From Myxococcales bacterium (GTDB lineage Bacteria; Myxococcota_A; UBA9042), in the NCBI GenBank assembly GCA_037441385.1, contig JBBISH010000068.1, forward strand, positions 1-33,964: a DNA stretch of 33,964 nucleotides. The letters run 5' to 3'. The notes under the pieces were generated by a model. That model worked only from the letters and a program-made list of their open reading frames with translations, searched no databases and had not been told where the DNA came from. Position 1 is the stretch's first letter, and the number at the start of each line of letters is the position of its first letter. Position numbers and translations under genes: made by a program. Below are positions 9,718-18,484 of the stretch, in pieces.

Positions 9718-10647
9718 TCACTCCTGATGCCCCAACCGCACCTGCATCGCGGGATGCTCTTGCACCAACTGCCGCAAGGCCGCGAGACTCTGCCGATTCT
9801 GCTGCTGATTCCCCGTGTAGCTGCCGGGCTCTACGCCGTGCTGCCAGCCCCAAGTCGTGTGCGAGCAGTCGCCGGTGAACAGGATCGGGCCCTTGTCGGT
9901 GCGGGCAATGAACGCCGTGCTGCCCGGCGTGTGCCCAGGGACGTGGAGGGCCCACAAGCTGCCGTCGCCAAACACATCTAGCACGCCGGCAAAGCGGCGG
10001 TCGGCATCGGCGGCAAACGGCCACTCGCGGACTTCGTGCACGTGCACCAGCGCCCGGTCCACCACGCCTTGGACCACCAGATTCTGCGCACTGTGCTCTT
10101 TGGCCTCGCCAGGACCCACATACACAGGTGTATTTTCAGGCACATCCGGCATGCCCGCCACGTGATCCGTGTGCATGTGGGTCAGCAGGACGCCCGCCAG
10201 TGGTTGGCCGCGCTCGCGCAAGAACTCGCCAAGCGGCTTGTGGATTTTCATCCGGTCCACGTGCATGAACGAGGCCACCAACCCGCGCAACGCCGCATGG
10301 TCGGGATCGTCGCGCAGCGCCGTCTCCAGGCCACTGTCGATCACGAACAGCCCGTACTTTGGGTGCACAATCCAATGGAAATAGACGTGAATTGGCTCAT
10401 CGCGGTCGCTCAGCCCCGCCGCCTTGGCCTGCGGGTCGTCCAGGTTCAGCAGACCCGACAGCGGCACCGACCAGTCGCCGGAATTGACCGTCCCCGCCGC
10501 GAGCGGTCCCGGCGTGTCCAGCACGGCGAGCAGATCCGCCGTCCGCCGCGGCTCCCCAAGCTCGGCCCGCCGTACCGGCAGCGACGTCGTTGCACAACCC
10601 GCGAGAACCAGGGGAAGAATCCATGACAACTTGAGCATCTTCAACAT
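9718..10647 (-). CDS. MBL-fold metallo-hydrolase (AHL-lactonase-like), probable lipoprotein
   Basis: THMHTDH (HxHxDH), DVFGDGSL..PGHTPG, TGD and C-terminal GH; signal WILPLVLAG-C. Start ATG 10647 or 10638; the upstream ORF extension is antisense to the LysR gene. Confidence 0.9.
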   Translation of the reverse strand: MLKMLKLSWILPLVLAGCATTSLPVRRAELGEPRRTADLLAVLDTPGPLAAGTVNSGDWSVPLSGLLNLDDPQAKAAGLSDRDEPIHVYFHWIVHPKYGLFVIDSGLETALRDDPDHAALRGLVASFMHVDRMKIHKPLGEFLRERGQPLAGVLLTHMHTDHVAGMPDVPENTPVYVGPGEAKEHSAQNLVVQGVVDRALVHVHEVREWPFAADADRRFAGVLDVFGDGSLWALHVPGHTPGSTAFIARTDKGPILFTGDCSHTTWGWQHGVEPGSYTGNQQQNRQSLAALRQLVQEHPAMQVRLGHQE

Positions 10648-10726
10648 CCCGGGCGGCAACTCCAGCCGCCTCTTCTTCAGCATAGCTAGTTGCTGGCGTA
10701 TCAAAAGTGGCAGAATTGACATCGAG

Positions 10727-10744
10727 CCATACATCTGCGTATGG
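10727..10744. promoter_or_regulatory. Palindrome CCATAC-N6-GTATGG, candidate LysR operator
   Basis: Perfect 6-bp inverted repeat 8 bp upstream of the LysR start, in the divergent promoter region. Confidence 0.55.
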
Positions 10745-10752
10745 TTGGCGGT

Positions 10753-11619
10753 ATGCAGTGGGACGATGTACAGCTGTTCTTGACCATCGCGGAAACGGGC
10801 AGCCTGACGGCGGCGGCCAGGCGGCTCGGCTTGACTCAGCCCACGGTGACGCGGCGCCTCCAGGCCTTGGAACATGGCGTTGGTCAAAGCCTTTTCTTGC
10901 GCAACGTGGCTGGCGCGCAGCTGTCTCAGGCTGGGGAGCAGTTGCTGGCCCCGGCCCGGCAGATGGCGCAATCGGCGGGAGAATGGTCGCGCTTGTCGCA
11001 GCAGGGCGATCCGCGGGTGCGCGGCGTCGTGCGGCTGGCCTGTCCGCCGGGAGTGGCCGTGGAATTCGTCGTGCCGTTTGCGGTCGATCTGCGGCGGCAA
11101 TATCCTGAAATCTCGTTAGAAGTTAACGCACAGGTCGAGTTCGTCGATCTGGCCCGCCATCAGGCCGACCTGGCGATCCGCGTGCGGCCGGCGCCGCCGG
11201 ACAGTGACCTGATCAACGTGGCGACGGTCTCGTACCGGGTGGCGGCCGTCTGTGCGCCGCACTACCGCGACCAGCTGCCGCCGCAGCCGCGCTGGGCCGA
11301 CGTGCGCTGGATCGCCTGGGCGCATCCGTGGCAGCACTTGCCGCCCAATCCGCAGCTGCACCAACTGGTTGCCGACTTTACCCCGGCGCTGACCTCCAAC
11401 GACTTTCTGGTGCAAATTGCCGCCTGTCAGGCCGGGATCGGGGCGATGATCAGTGGCCTGCCGAGCCACCGCTACGCACAGCACCGCTTGGTGCCGCTGG
11501 ATCTCGACCTGGGGCCCCACGCGCAAGCGAACATGCACATCGTGGCTGCGCGCAGTGCCCTGGACATTCGGCGGGTGCGGGTGGTGGCGCAAGCGTTGGT
11601 CGCGGCGCTGCAAGGGTAG
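10753..11619 (+). CDS. LysR-family transcriptional regulator
   Basis: MQWDDVQLFLTIAETGSLTAAARRLGLTQPTVTRRL HTH, GVVRL and ADLAIR substrate-binding domain; divergent from the MBL gene. Confidence 0.96.
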   Translation: MQWDDVQLFLTIAETGSLTAAARRLGLTQPTVTRRLQALEHGVGQSLFLRNVAGAQLSQAGEQLLAPARQMAQSAGEWSRLSQQGDPRVRGVVRLACPPGVAVEFVVPFAVDLRRQYPEISLEVNAQVEFVDLARHQADLAIRVRPAPPDSDLINVATVSYRVAAVCAPHYRDQLPPQPRWADVRWIAWAHPWQHLPPNPQLHQLVADFTPALTSNDFLVQIAACQAGIGAMISGLPSHRYAQHRLVPLDLDLGPHAQANMHIVAARSALDIRRVRVVAQALVAALQG

Positions 11620-11651
11620 GCGGTGCGACGGCAGGTTGGGCGCCAGGGCTG

Positions 11652-11700
11652 ATTCCGGTTCGGGCTGAAGCGGATCGAAAACTCGGGCAATTCATCGGGC
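11652..11700 (+). repeat. Repeat family B, 5' partial copy
   Basis: CGGATCGAAAACTCGGGCAATTC is identical to 9604-9626, with flanking similarity. Confidence 0.85.
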
Positions 11701-11760
11701 CTTACCGGATGGCTACCAGTGCCGTAAATGCGGTGAAAACCTGTGCGATCATTGGTACTT

Positions 11761-12049
11761 GGCTCTCACCCCGCCGCCTTCCGCGTCTGCCCCGCTCTCC
11801 CGGCGCCGCTGGCGCCACTCGCTCGCTTCGCTCACCGCGGGGACCCTCTCCCAACGCTTTGGGCCAGGGGCAATGCAATTTCCCTTTACCCCTCGCCCAC
11901 TTCAGAGACTGTTGCAAAGGTATGTTCGCAGAATTCTGACGCCAATACATTCAATCGGTTGCACGGCGAAAGCACCCGAATTCGACCCTTATGCAACAAC
12001 CTCCAGGGCAGAAGAGGGTGGACGGCAACGCCGGCCGGGTGAGGGGGCC
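11761..12049. repeat. REP-like palindromic element (CTCACCCC...CCCTCTCCC...GGGTGAGGG type) interrupted by a MITE
   Basis: Ends GGCTCTCACCCCGCCG and CGGCCGGGTGAGGGGGCC are imperfectly inverted; internal hairpin at 11844-11870; a second hairpin CCCTC-GCCC/GGGC..GAGGG is split by the insert at 11905-12003. Confidence 0.65.
11905..12003. mobile_element. 99-bp MITE-like element
   Basis: Terminal inverted repeats GAGACTGTTGCA / TGCAACAACCTC (10/12 match), CA on both flanks, AT-rich non-coding interior. Confidence 0.7.
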
Positions 12050-12091
12050 GAACCGTGACCACTGTCGGCATCCGGTAAGGCAGGCAAGGAC

Positions 12092-13312
12092 TCAAGGCCA
12101 CAGCGCGGTGGCCTCGCCAGCGGCGCTGCGGACTTCGGCGCTGCTGCCCTGCACATGCAACAGTGCGCCCTGGCTGGCATCCACCGCTTGCGACATGCCG
12201 GCGTCCACCAAGAAAATCAGCCCCCAGCGCTGGTAGATTTGGCCCGCCTTGCGCTTGCTGCCGTCGCTGAAAACGATCTCTTGCGGCTGGTGCCCCTGGA
12301 CCAAGTGGGCCACGCCCAAGGCGGTCAGGTTGGCCTGCAGGGCCGCCTTGGGCTTGCTGGCGCCGCCTTGCCACCAGGGCGGGTCCAGGCGGGCCTCCAG
12401 CAGGGAGTTGGGATCCTGCAGGACGGTCGAAGCAAAGCCGTCGCTGTCCAGGCCGGTCTGCAAGGCTTGCGTCAGCTGGTCCATCGAGAGGCCGTGGGTG
12501 TTGCCGGCGTGGCAGGCAAACCAGTCGCCCAGGCGCACCGCCAGCGGGAGCTGCCGCAGCCACGGTCCCGGCTCTTGACTCCCCGCGGCCACCGCCGCCG
12601 GATCCAAGCCTTTGGCCAAGAGTTCGGCGCGGAACTCCAGCGTCTTGCTGCCCAGCGGATCGGCAAGGAATTCGGCCTCGTGATTCCCCAAGGTCACGAT
12701 CACCTCGCCGCCCTGCTGGGCAGCCTGCGCCTGCAGCGAGCGCAAGCGGGCAAGGACCGCCAAGCTGTCCGAACCCTTGTCGATCAAGTCGCCCACGCAC
12801 ACCAGTACGGCCGTGCCGGCGAGCCACTGGCTGCTGCTGGGGCCGGCGTCGCTGGCCAAACCATTGGCCGCCAACAGCTTGCGGAGGCGTTTGTCGTCGC
12901 CATGGACATCGCCCAGGAACCACAGGTCGGCCGGCAGACCGCGTTGGGCGATGGCCGGAAAAACCTGCCAGTCGCGCAGGTGCGGCGCGGCGACGTCTGC
13001 GCTGGCCACCGGGGTATCGGCGGCAACCGCAGCGTCGGCAAGGGCAGTGCTGTCGCCAGGCGGCGGTGGCACATCGGGTGCGGGGGTCAGACTGGCGTCG
13101 GCGCTAGGCGCGGTCTCGGTCTCGGCGTCGGGGACGATCCAGGCGGCGCCCCCCGTGGGCCCGGGCGGTTGACAGCCGCCAGTCAGCAGAAGCACCCCGG
13201 CAACAAGGAGCAGAACTTGGCCCAACGGAACACCTGGCGGCCCACAGTGCCGCACCCCAGCCGCCAGTGTAGCGAATCGGCCGGCACTCACCAACGATCC
13301 GCCGCCGGGCAT
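12092..13312 (-). CDS. Calcineurin-like metallophosphoesterase (Shewanella-like PPP phosphatase), probable lipoprotein
   Basis: GDVHG, GDLIDKG, GNHE, HAG, GHQP and VDAGMS; signal LLLVAGVLLLTGG-C plus P/A/D linker. Start codon uncertain, may be downstream of 13312. Confidence 0.88.
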   Translation of the reverse strand: MPGGGSLVSAGRFATLAAGVRHCGPPGVPLGQVLLLVAGVLLLTGGCQPPGPTGGAAWIVPDAETETAPSADASLTPAPDVPPPPGDSTALADAAVAADTPVASADVAAPHLRDWQVFPAIAQRGLPADLWFLGDVHGDDKRLRKLLAANGLASDAGPSSSQWLAGTAVLVCVGDLIDKGSDSLAVLARLRSLQAQAAQQGGEVIVTLGNHEAEFLADPLGSKTLEFRAELLAKGLDPAAVAAGSQEPGPWLRQLPLAVRLGDWFACHAGNTHGLSMDQLTQALQTGLDSDGFASTVLQDPNSLLEARLDPPWWQGGASKPKAALQANLTALGVAHLVQGHQPQEIVFSDGSKRKAGQIYQRWGLIFLVDAGMSQAVDASQGALLHVQGSSAEVRSAAGEATALWP

Positions 13313-13328
13313 TCCCTACCCCGTCGCA

Positions 13329-15800
13329 TCACGGCTTGGCGAGCACGCATTGGCCGTGCAGGCAAGTCACGTCGGCACCGATGCACCCCTTTACCGGACT
13401 GCTCGTGTCTTTGTAGGTGGGCTTGGCGGTGGCCTTGTCCCAGGTGCCGAACTTGGCCACATTGCATTGATGGAATTGGAGGTCGTAGGTGTACGGTGCC
13501 GCGCACCTGGCGTCGGCCTCGCACATCAGCTTTTGCGTTTCCTTGTCGCCAGAGTCAGGGCTCGTATCCCAGCAATAAGGTGCCGCCGCTTTTTCCCAAA
13601 GGCAGTCCCCGTCATTGCAGTACGCGGAGTACCCCATGCAGGAATAACCCGAGCAACTCATCGAGGTTTCGAGGGCAACGGAGCCGCAGCCGTTGGACGG
13701 GGCTCCGGCGCCGGGCGACGAAAAACACCCCGTGGGGAGGAACTTGTACAGGGGGCTGCCGGAATACCCCGCATCCACTTTGGGCTGGAGCAAGATCTCG
13801 GCGCAGCACACGTCTTTCTTGCATGGGCCGGAGTAGCAGGAGCCAGGCGACGGTGCGCCCATGCACGCGCCGTGGACGCACCGGGCGTAGTCCATGCAAC
13901 TGGTCGAGCACGGCGTGCCGTCGGGCTTGCTGCTTTTGACTTCGGGCAGGCCGTCGCTGTTGCAGACGCAGTCGGCGCAGGTGTCGCCGGCCACCGAGCA
14001 CGACACACCTGGAGTACCGTGGCACCGGCCGTCGCCCGCTTGGCACTTGCCCACCCCGCCGCACGGCGTCAGGCAAGGGGTGCCGGGTCCCCAACTCGAC
14101 TTGCCTACGCATGCGCCATCGGCGGCGCAGGTGCCCCAGAAGGTGCATTCGGACGAGCACGCGGTGCCCGGAGTAATCTGTACGACGCAGCTACCGTCGG
14201 CAGCGCACGAAGCCTTTTGGGTGCACGTGTTGCTCCGGTCAAAAACCGAGAGATCTCCGGAACAATCCGTCCCCGCCGGCAACAATTCGCTGGTGCAGCT
14301 GCCCGTTCCGACGCCGTCGCAATGCCCGGCTTTTTGCCGGCATGGGCTCGCCAGCTTGCACGGCAGCGAGGGGTCTTTGGCAACTATGTGGCACTCGCCA
14401 TCCGCGCCACATTGCTGGGTCGAGCACGGGCCCAAGTCCCAGTATTTGTAGCACGGGCTGCCGGTCTTGGGCACCAGCGCGCAGCTGCCATCGGCCGCGC
14501 ATACGCCCGCTCGGCATTCGTCGATGGTACACGGCGCGCCAACGTCTGGGCTGACGGGGACGCACAACCCCACCGCGTCGCATACTCCCGCGTCGCTGAA
14601 GCACGGGAGGCGGGCGGCCGGGGGCACGGTGCACGGCGCGCCCGTTTTGACCGTGGTGGTGCAGGCGCTCGCGGGATCCAGGGACACGGAAATGCACGGA
14701 TTCTCGAACAAGTCCTTCTTTGCACTGTCGCAGTAGGTCACAGGGTTGCATTGGCCGCCGCTGCACACGCCAACGTAGGGAAGTTTGGTGTACCAGGGAG
14801 AGAAGCAGGGTTGGCTGTTGGGTGGCGTGTTGAGCTTGCAGATGCCGTTGGATGTGCAGAATTTGGGCGCACAGCCCGTGTCGGCGTCGCATGGCGCCAC
14901 TGCGCTGGGCGTCTTGGGCTGGCACACCAAGCTTGCGTCGCACGCGCCTTGCGCACAGGTCGCCCCAGACCCCGCGGTGACTTCGCACAGTTTGCCGACC
15001 AAGCCTTTGACCGTGCAGGTTCCGGTCGCGTCGCAAACACCGCCCTGGCAGGGGCCGAGGTTCGCCCCTGGAGGTGTGCAGCTTTGCCCGCTCAGCGCTA
15101 CCTTCTGGCAAGCCCCCGTCTCGCCACAAATCCCGCTCACACATGGTCCGGCGTCGGCGGCCGAGAGCGAGCATGCCTGGCCAGCCAGTGACGACGTTTC
15201 GCACACCCCGGCGCTGTCGCAATTGGCCACAAGGCATTGACTTTGACTGACGAGTGGGTCTGCACAACTTGTCCCCGCCGCGACCGGAATGTGAACGCAG
15301 AGGCTCTCGGAGCTGCAACTGTCGTCGGTGCAGGGGTTGCCGTCGTCGCACGAGGTGACTTGGACGCCGCTGTCGTCGCACACCGAGCCCGCGCACTTGC
15401 CCTCTTGGACCATGCAGCCCGCGACTGTCTTGGTACACGCTTGGCCATCGGGCGCCGCCTCGGCAACGCATTTCCCAGTAGCCGGGTCGCATGTGTCCAC
15501 AGTGCAAGAGTTGCCGTCGTCGCAGGTCACGTTGTGACAGGCCGGGCCTGCACAGCCCCCCGCTTCACAAATTCCCGCCATTGCGGTTGCAGGGATCACG
15601 CACGCCGGCCCGGAAAGCGGCACGTGTGCGCACTTACCCTTGAATTCGAACGCGGCCACACACGGATTCGGGTCGCTGCATACCAGCTTGGCCGGCGCTT
15701 CGCTGCTGCAGCCCTGCCAACCGGCACCCAGGCCGAGCGCTGCCATCACCCGGCCTATCGCCCAAACTTGCCGCCAAGGGACTCGTCGACATGCGCCCAT
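13329..15800 (-). CDS. Cys-rich repeat protein, probable lipoprotein
   Basis: CDDGNSCTVDTC, CDDGNPCTDDSC and many G.pC...C..G.C...G.C repeats; weak lipobox AALGLGAGWQG-C; no catalytic domain recognised. Confidence 0.82.
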   Translation of the reverse strand: MGACRRVPWRQVWAIGRVMAALGLGAGWQGCSSEAPAKLVCSDPNPCVAAFEFKGKCAHVPLSGPACVIPATAMAGICEAGGCAGPACHNVTCDDGNSCTVDTCDPATGKCVAEAAPDGQACTKTVAGCMVQEGKCAGSVCDDSGVQVTSCDDGNPCTDDSCSSESLCVHIPVAAGTSCADPLVSQSQCLVANCDSAGVCETSSLAGQACSLSAADAGPCVSGICGETGACQKVALSGQSCTPPGANLGPCQGGVCDATGTCTVKGLVGKLCEVTAGSGATCAQGACDASLVCQPKTPSAVAPCDADTGCAPKFCTSNGICKLNTPPNSQPCFSPWYTKLPYVGVCSGGQCNPVTYCDSAKKDLFENPCISVSLDPASACTTTVKTGAPCTVPPAARLPCFSDAGVCDAVGLCVPVSPDVGAPCTIDECRAGVCAADGSCALVPKTGSPCYKYWDLGPCSTQQCGADGECHIVAKDPSLPCKLASPCRQKAGHCDGVGTGSCTSELLPAGTDCSGDLSVFDRSNTCTQKASCAADGSCVVQITPGTACSSECTFWGTCAADGACVGKSSWGPGTPCLTPCGGVGKCQAGDGRCHGTPGVSCSVAGDTCADCVCNSDGLPEVKSSKPDGTPCSTSCMDYARCVHGACMGAPSPGSCYSGPCKKDVCCAEILLQPKVDAGYSGSPLYKFLPTGCFSSPGAGAPSNGCGSVALETSMSCSGYSCMGYSAYCNDGDCLWEKAAAPYCWDTSPDSGDKETQKLMCEADARCAAPYTYDLQFHQCNVAKFGTWDKATAKPTYKDTSSPVKGCIGADVTCLHGQCVLAKP

Positions 15801-16063
15801 GATCGCCTCGCTCTGGTAGGTGTCAACTCAGCGATTTTGCCTGCGTGGACTTGGTTGCCGGCAGCTTGCGCAAAGTTCACACCCAGGCGGCCCAAGCTGT
15901 CACGACGCGGCGGCTTTGGGGAAGAGCTTGGGGTGACCGGCGACTTCCGCATGGAATTCCTGCTGAATTGGCGTCGACCAAAGGCACGCGCGGGGAGGGA
16001 GGCGCCCATCGTGGCGGGAATTCGGCGCGTCTCTCTCGCACAGCAGCAAGTGGCACGAACTAG

Positions 16064-16175
16064 GAGCGTGTCGGACCAACTGAAGCGATGTCGTATAATG
16101 ATATGAAATTATTGAAGTCTCAAGTCGAAGCAAACGCGTAATTTCAGGCACTTAGAGAGAATCTCCGACAGGCTC
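16064..16175. mobile_element. 112-bp MITE with CTAG target duplication
   Basis: TIRs GAGCGTGTCGGA / TCCGACAGGCTC (11/12), flanked by CTAG at 16060-16063 and 16176-16179; AT-rich interior. Confidence 0.85.
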
Positions 16176-17303
16176 CTAGAACCCCGGATAGCGCCGCCAA
16201 TAGTACCCTGGCAGCACCTCGCCGACGTGGTCGCTTGCGTACCACAGCGGAAACGTAGCCAAATCGTCGGCCATGTCCGAGATCACGTCGCGCAACTCCA
16301 AGTCGGTCAGCCACGCTGGCGGCACTGCGTCGACGCCGTCGCGCGCCCCTAGCAGGTTGCCGGCGATGGCCGCCGTGGAGTCCGAGTCCCCATCGTGGTT
16401 AGCCGCGAGCACCACTGCTTCTTCCAAGTTGGGGGCGCACAGCGCGCAGTAGACGGCGATCGCCAAGGCTTCTTCTGCCACCCACCCTTCGCCCAAGAGC
16501 TTGAGCGCCTCGGGGTCCATGGGCCGCGACTCGGCCAGCGCGCGGGCGCGCTCCAGCGCCGCCGTGGTCTCTTGGTGCCCTTCGTGCGGCAACAGGGCGC
16601 GCAGGGCCTGATCCAGGGCGCGTTCCAGGCTCTCCCCGCGCACCAGGGCGAAAATCAGCACGGCGAACGCGCCGGCGCTGAGGTAGCCAGACGGGTGACC
16701 GTGGGTCAGGTGGGCGAGGTCGCAGGCGGTTTGGAAGGCCTCGCCCTGGGCGTCCGGGACCATGGAAGTGGCCTGGGCGTAGAGCAATCCGACCGGAGCT
16801 ACGCGCATGACCCCGCCGCAGCCCTTGCTCGTGTTGCTGGCCGGCGCGCCCAGGCTGCGCGCGTGGCGCAGAGCGCTGAGGCAGGTATTTCCCGGGGCGC
16901 GGCGGTTGAATAGCTCGCGGTGGCCCAGGAGCCAACCGGGATCCTCGCCCGTCACTTCGGCCGGGGATCGCTCGCCCTGCGTGCGCAACCAGCGCAAGTA
17001 GGCGTTGGCCGTTACGGAGGCAAAGACCGGGCCAATGCCGCGCTCGCAGCTGCGCACATACGCCCGCAGCAGGCCGTCGCCCGTGAACAGGGTCATTTGC
17101 GTGTCGTCGGTGATGGCGCCCAGGCGGCCGTAGGCGGGCAGGTAGTTGCGCACGCCGCCGGGTCCGTGGGCTTTCAGGATTTGGTCGCGCCTCAGGAATT
17201 CCAGCGGAGCGCCCAGGGCGTCGCCACAGGCGCCGGCGAGCAAGCAGCCGCGAAATCGGCTGACGATGCGCGGCTCTACGTAGCGTTCGGTCAGGATGTC
17301 CAT
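16176..17303 (-). CDS. ADP-ribosylglycohydrolase (ARH/DraG family)
   Basis: GCLLAGACGDALG, TDDTQMT, GCGGVMR, THGHPSG and GDSDST; ATG 17303 preceded by AGAGGG. Confidence 0.94.
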   Translation of the reverse strand: MDILTERYVEPRIVSRFRGCLLAGACGDALGAPLEFLRRDQILKAHGPGGVRNYLPAYGRLGAITDDTQMTLFTGDGLLRAYVRSCERGIGPVFASVTANAYLRWLRTQGERSPAEVTGEDPGWLLGHRELFNRRAPGNTCLSALRHARSLGAPASNTSKGCGGVMRVAPVGLLYAQATSMVPDAQGEAFQTACDLAHLTHGHPSGYLSAGAFAVLIFALVRGESLERALDQALRALLPHEGHQETTAALERARALAESRPMDPEALKLLGEGWVAEEALAIAVYCALCAPNLEEAVVLAANHDGDSDSTAAIAGNLLGARDGVDAVPPAWLTDLELRDVISDMADDLATFPLWYASDHVGEVLPGYYWRRYPGF

Positions 17304-17485
17304 GCCAATCCCTCTGCGACGGGGGGCGACGCACCGGGCTCGCGTTGGGCCGGTGCCGCCCGCGTAGAGATTGCGCCAGCGCAAAACGCACGTGCTGTTT
17401 GAGCTGGCGTGTCGCGGCAACGCTACACACGCGCCCAGGGCACGTCAACGCCGCAGGGCACGCAACAGAGCCGCAGGCGAGGCCT

Positions 17486-18478
17486 CTAGAATTTCGCCGA
17501 CAACGCCGCGTACACCTGCGACGAAGTTCGCCAAAACACGTAGCTGTGCACCAGGCCGTCGTGCAGGGTCGACGTATAGCCCAGCGTGCTGTCGCCCTGA
17601 GCGTAGGCCACGGTAAAATCCGGCGCGATTCCAGCGAGCTTGGGCATGTCCCAGCGCGTGAACAGCTGCGCACCGTAGGCGCCTTGCATCGGCTGGCTGG
17701 CAAACTGGCGGTCTTGCACGGCGCCGTTGAACGCCTCGGCGCTGGCGGGTGGCCCGCCGACCGGGTAGTACCAGTAGCGGTGGCTGACCAGCGAGCCGCC
17801 CAGGACCAGCGGCAGCTTGGGCAACTGCACCTCGGCGTTGAGGATTCCGGCGACGTGCCACTGCGGGTTGGGGTTGCCGCCCGCCATCTGGCCGTACTTG
17901 ACCCAGAAGGTCTCGCCAAAGCCAATCGCTTCCAGTTGCAGCGGCCCGTACTGCCAGGAGAGCGCCCCGCCCAAGCGCGGCGCGGTGTAAAGGCTCATCT
18001 TCTCTGCAGTAAACGACGTCGGCGCCGTCAGAGCCCCGTACACGCGCGCTTTCCAGTTGTTGGGCAGGTCGAAGTAGTGGAAATAGACCAGGGCCGTGTC
18101 GTCGCTGCGGACGCCGGTCTCACCGGGATCGGCCAAGAAACGCTCGTAGACATAGGTCCGCAGCTCGATGGCGTCGTGAGAGGTGGGCTGCCAGCGCCCG
18201 TACAGAAACAGGAAGTTGACCAGCTTGTTGTTGGCCGCGCCCTGCAGATCGTTGCGGATCAGCAGCGCATGGCTCTCTAGCGTCGCGCCGACTTCCCAGG
18301 ACTTGCGCGCCTTTGGGGCGTGGTCCGTGCTCGTCACGCGCGGCGTGGCGTCGGCCGGCGCCTCGCTCACTGGATCGGCCAGCGCCCATTCGGGGATGAC
18401 GGTCACCGCGAGCGCGCCCAGCACAAGCCAGCGGCCAAGGCCAAACAAGTGCTCGATGTTGAAAGTGAAATGCGCCAT
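17486..18478 (-). CDS. Putative outer-membrane beta-barrel protein
   Basis: Signal-like N-terminus ending WALA, alternating aromatic/hydrophobic strands, C-terminal VYAALSAKF beta-signal; starts 6 bp after the metalloprotease stop. Confidence 0.75.
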   Translation of the reverse strand: MAHFTFNIEHLFGLGRWLVLGALAVTVIPEWALADPVSEAPADATPRVTSTDHAPKARKSWEVGATLESHALLIRNDLQGAANNKLVNFLFLYGRWQPTSHDAIELRTYVYERFLADPGETGVRSDDTALVYFHYFDLPNNWKARVYGALTAPTSFTAEKMSLYTAPRLGGALSWQYGPLQLEAIGFGETFWVKYGQMAGGNPNPQWHVAGILNAEVQLPKLPLVLGGSLVSHRYWYYPVGGPPASAEAFNGAVQDRQFASQPMQGAYGAQLFTRWDMPKLAGIAPDFTVAYAQGDSTLGYTSTLHDGLVHSYVFWRTSSQVYAALSAKF

Positions 18479-18484
18479 GGCCGC

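Noticed and set aside
10648..11100. N-terminal extensions given by the ORF track (also 17304-17420, 28410-28538, 33300-33578)
   Set aside because: They overlap other genes or intergenic DNA and precede clear signal peptides or RBS-associated starts.
11819..11836. TCGCTCGCTTCGCTCAC, reminiscent of some integron attC interiors
   Set aside because: No flanking RYYYAAC/GTTRRRY core sites, no cassette array and no integrase.
15959..15969. CCTGCTGAATT shared with 28518-28528 as a regulatory motif
   Set aside because: A single 11-mer match is expected by chance in a window of this size.
16051..16066. Sigma-54 promoter (TGGCACG)
   Set aside because: No TTGC at the -12 position, with or without the MITE.
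1876..17303. Kinase, phosphatase and ADP-ribosylglycohydrolase as one signalling system
   Set aside because: They are far apart in separate units, and the phosphatase appears exported while the kinase appears cytoplasmic.
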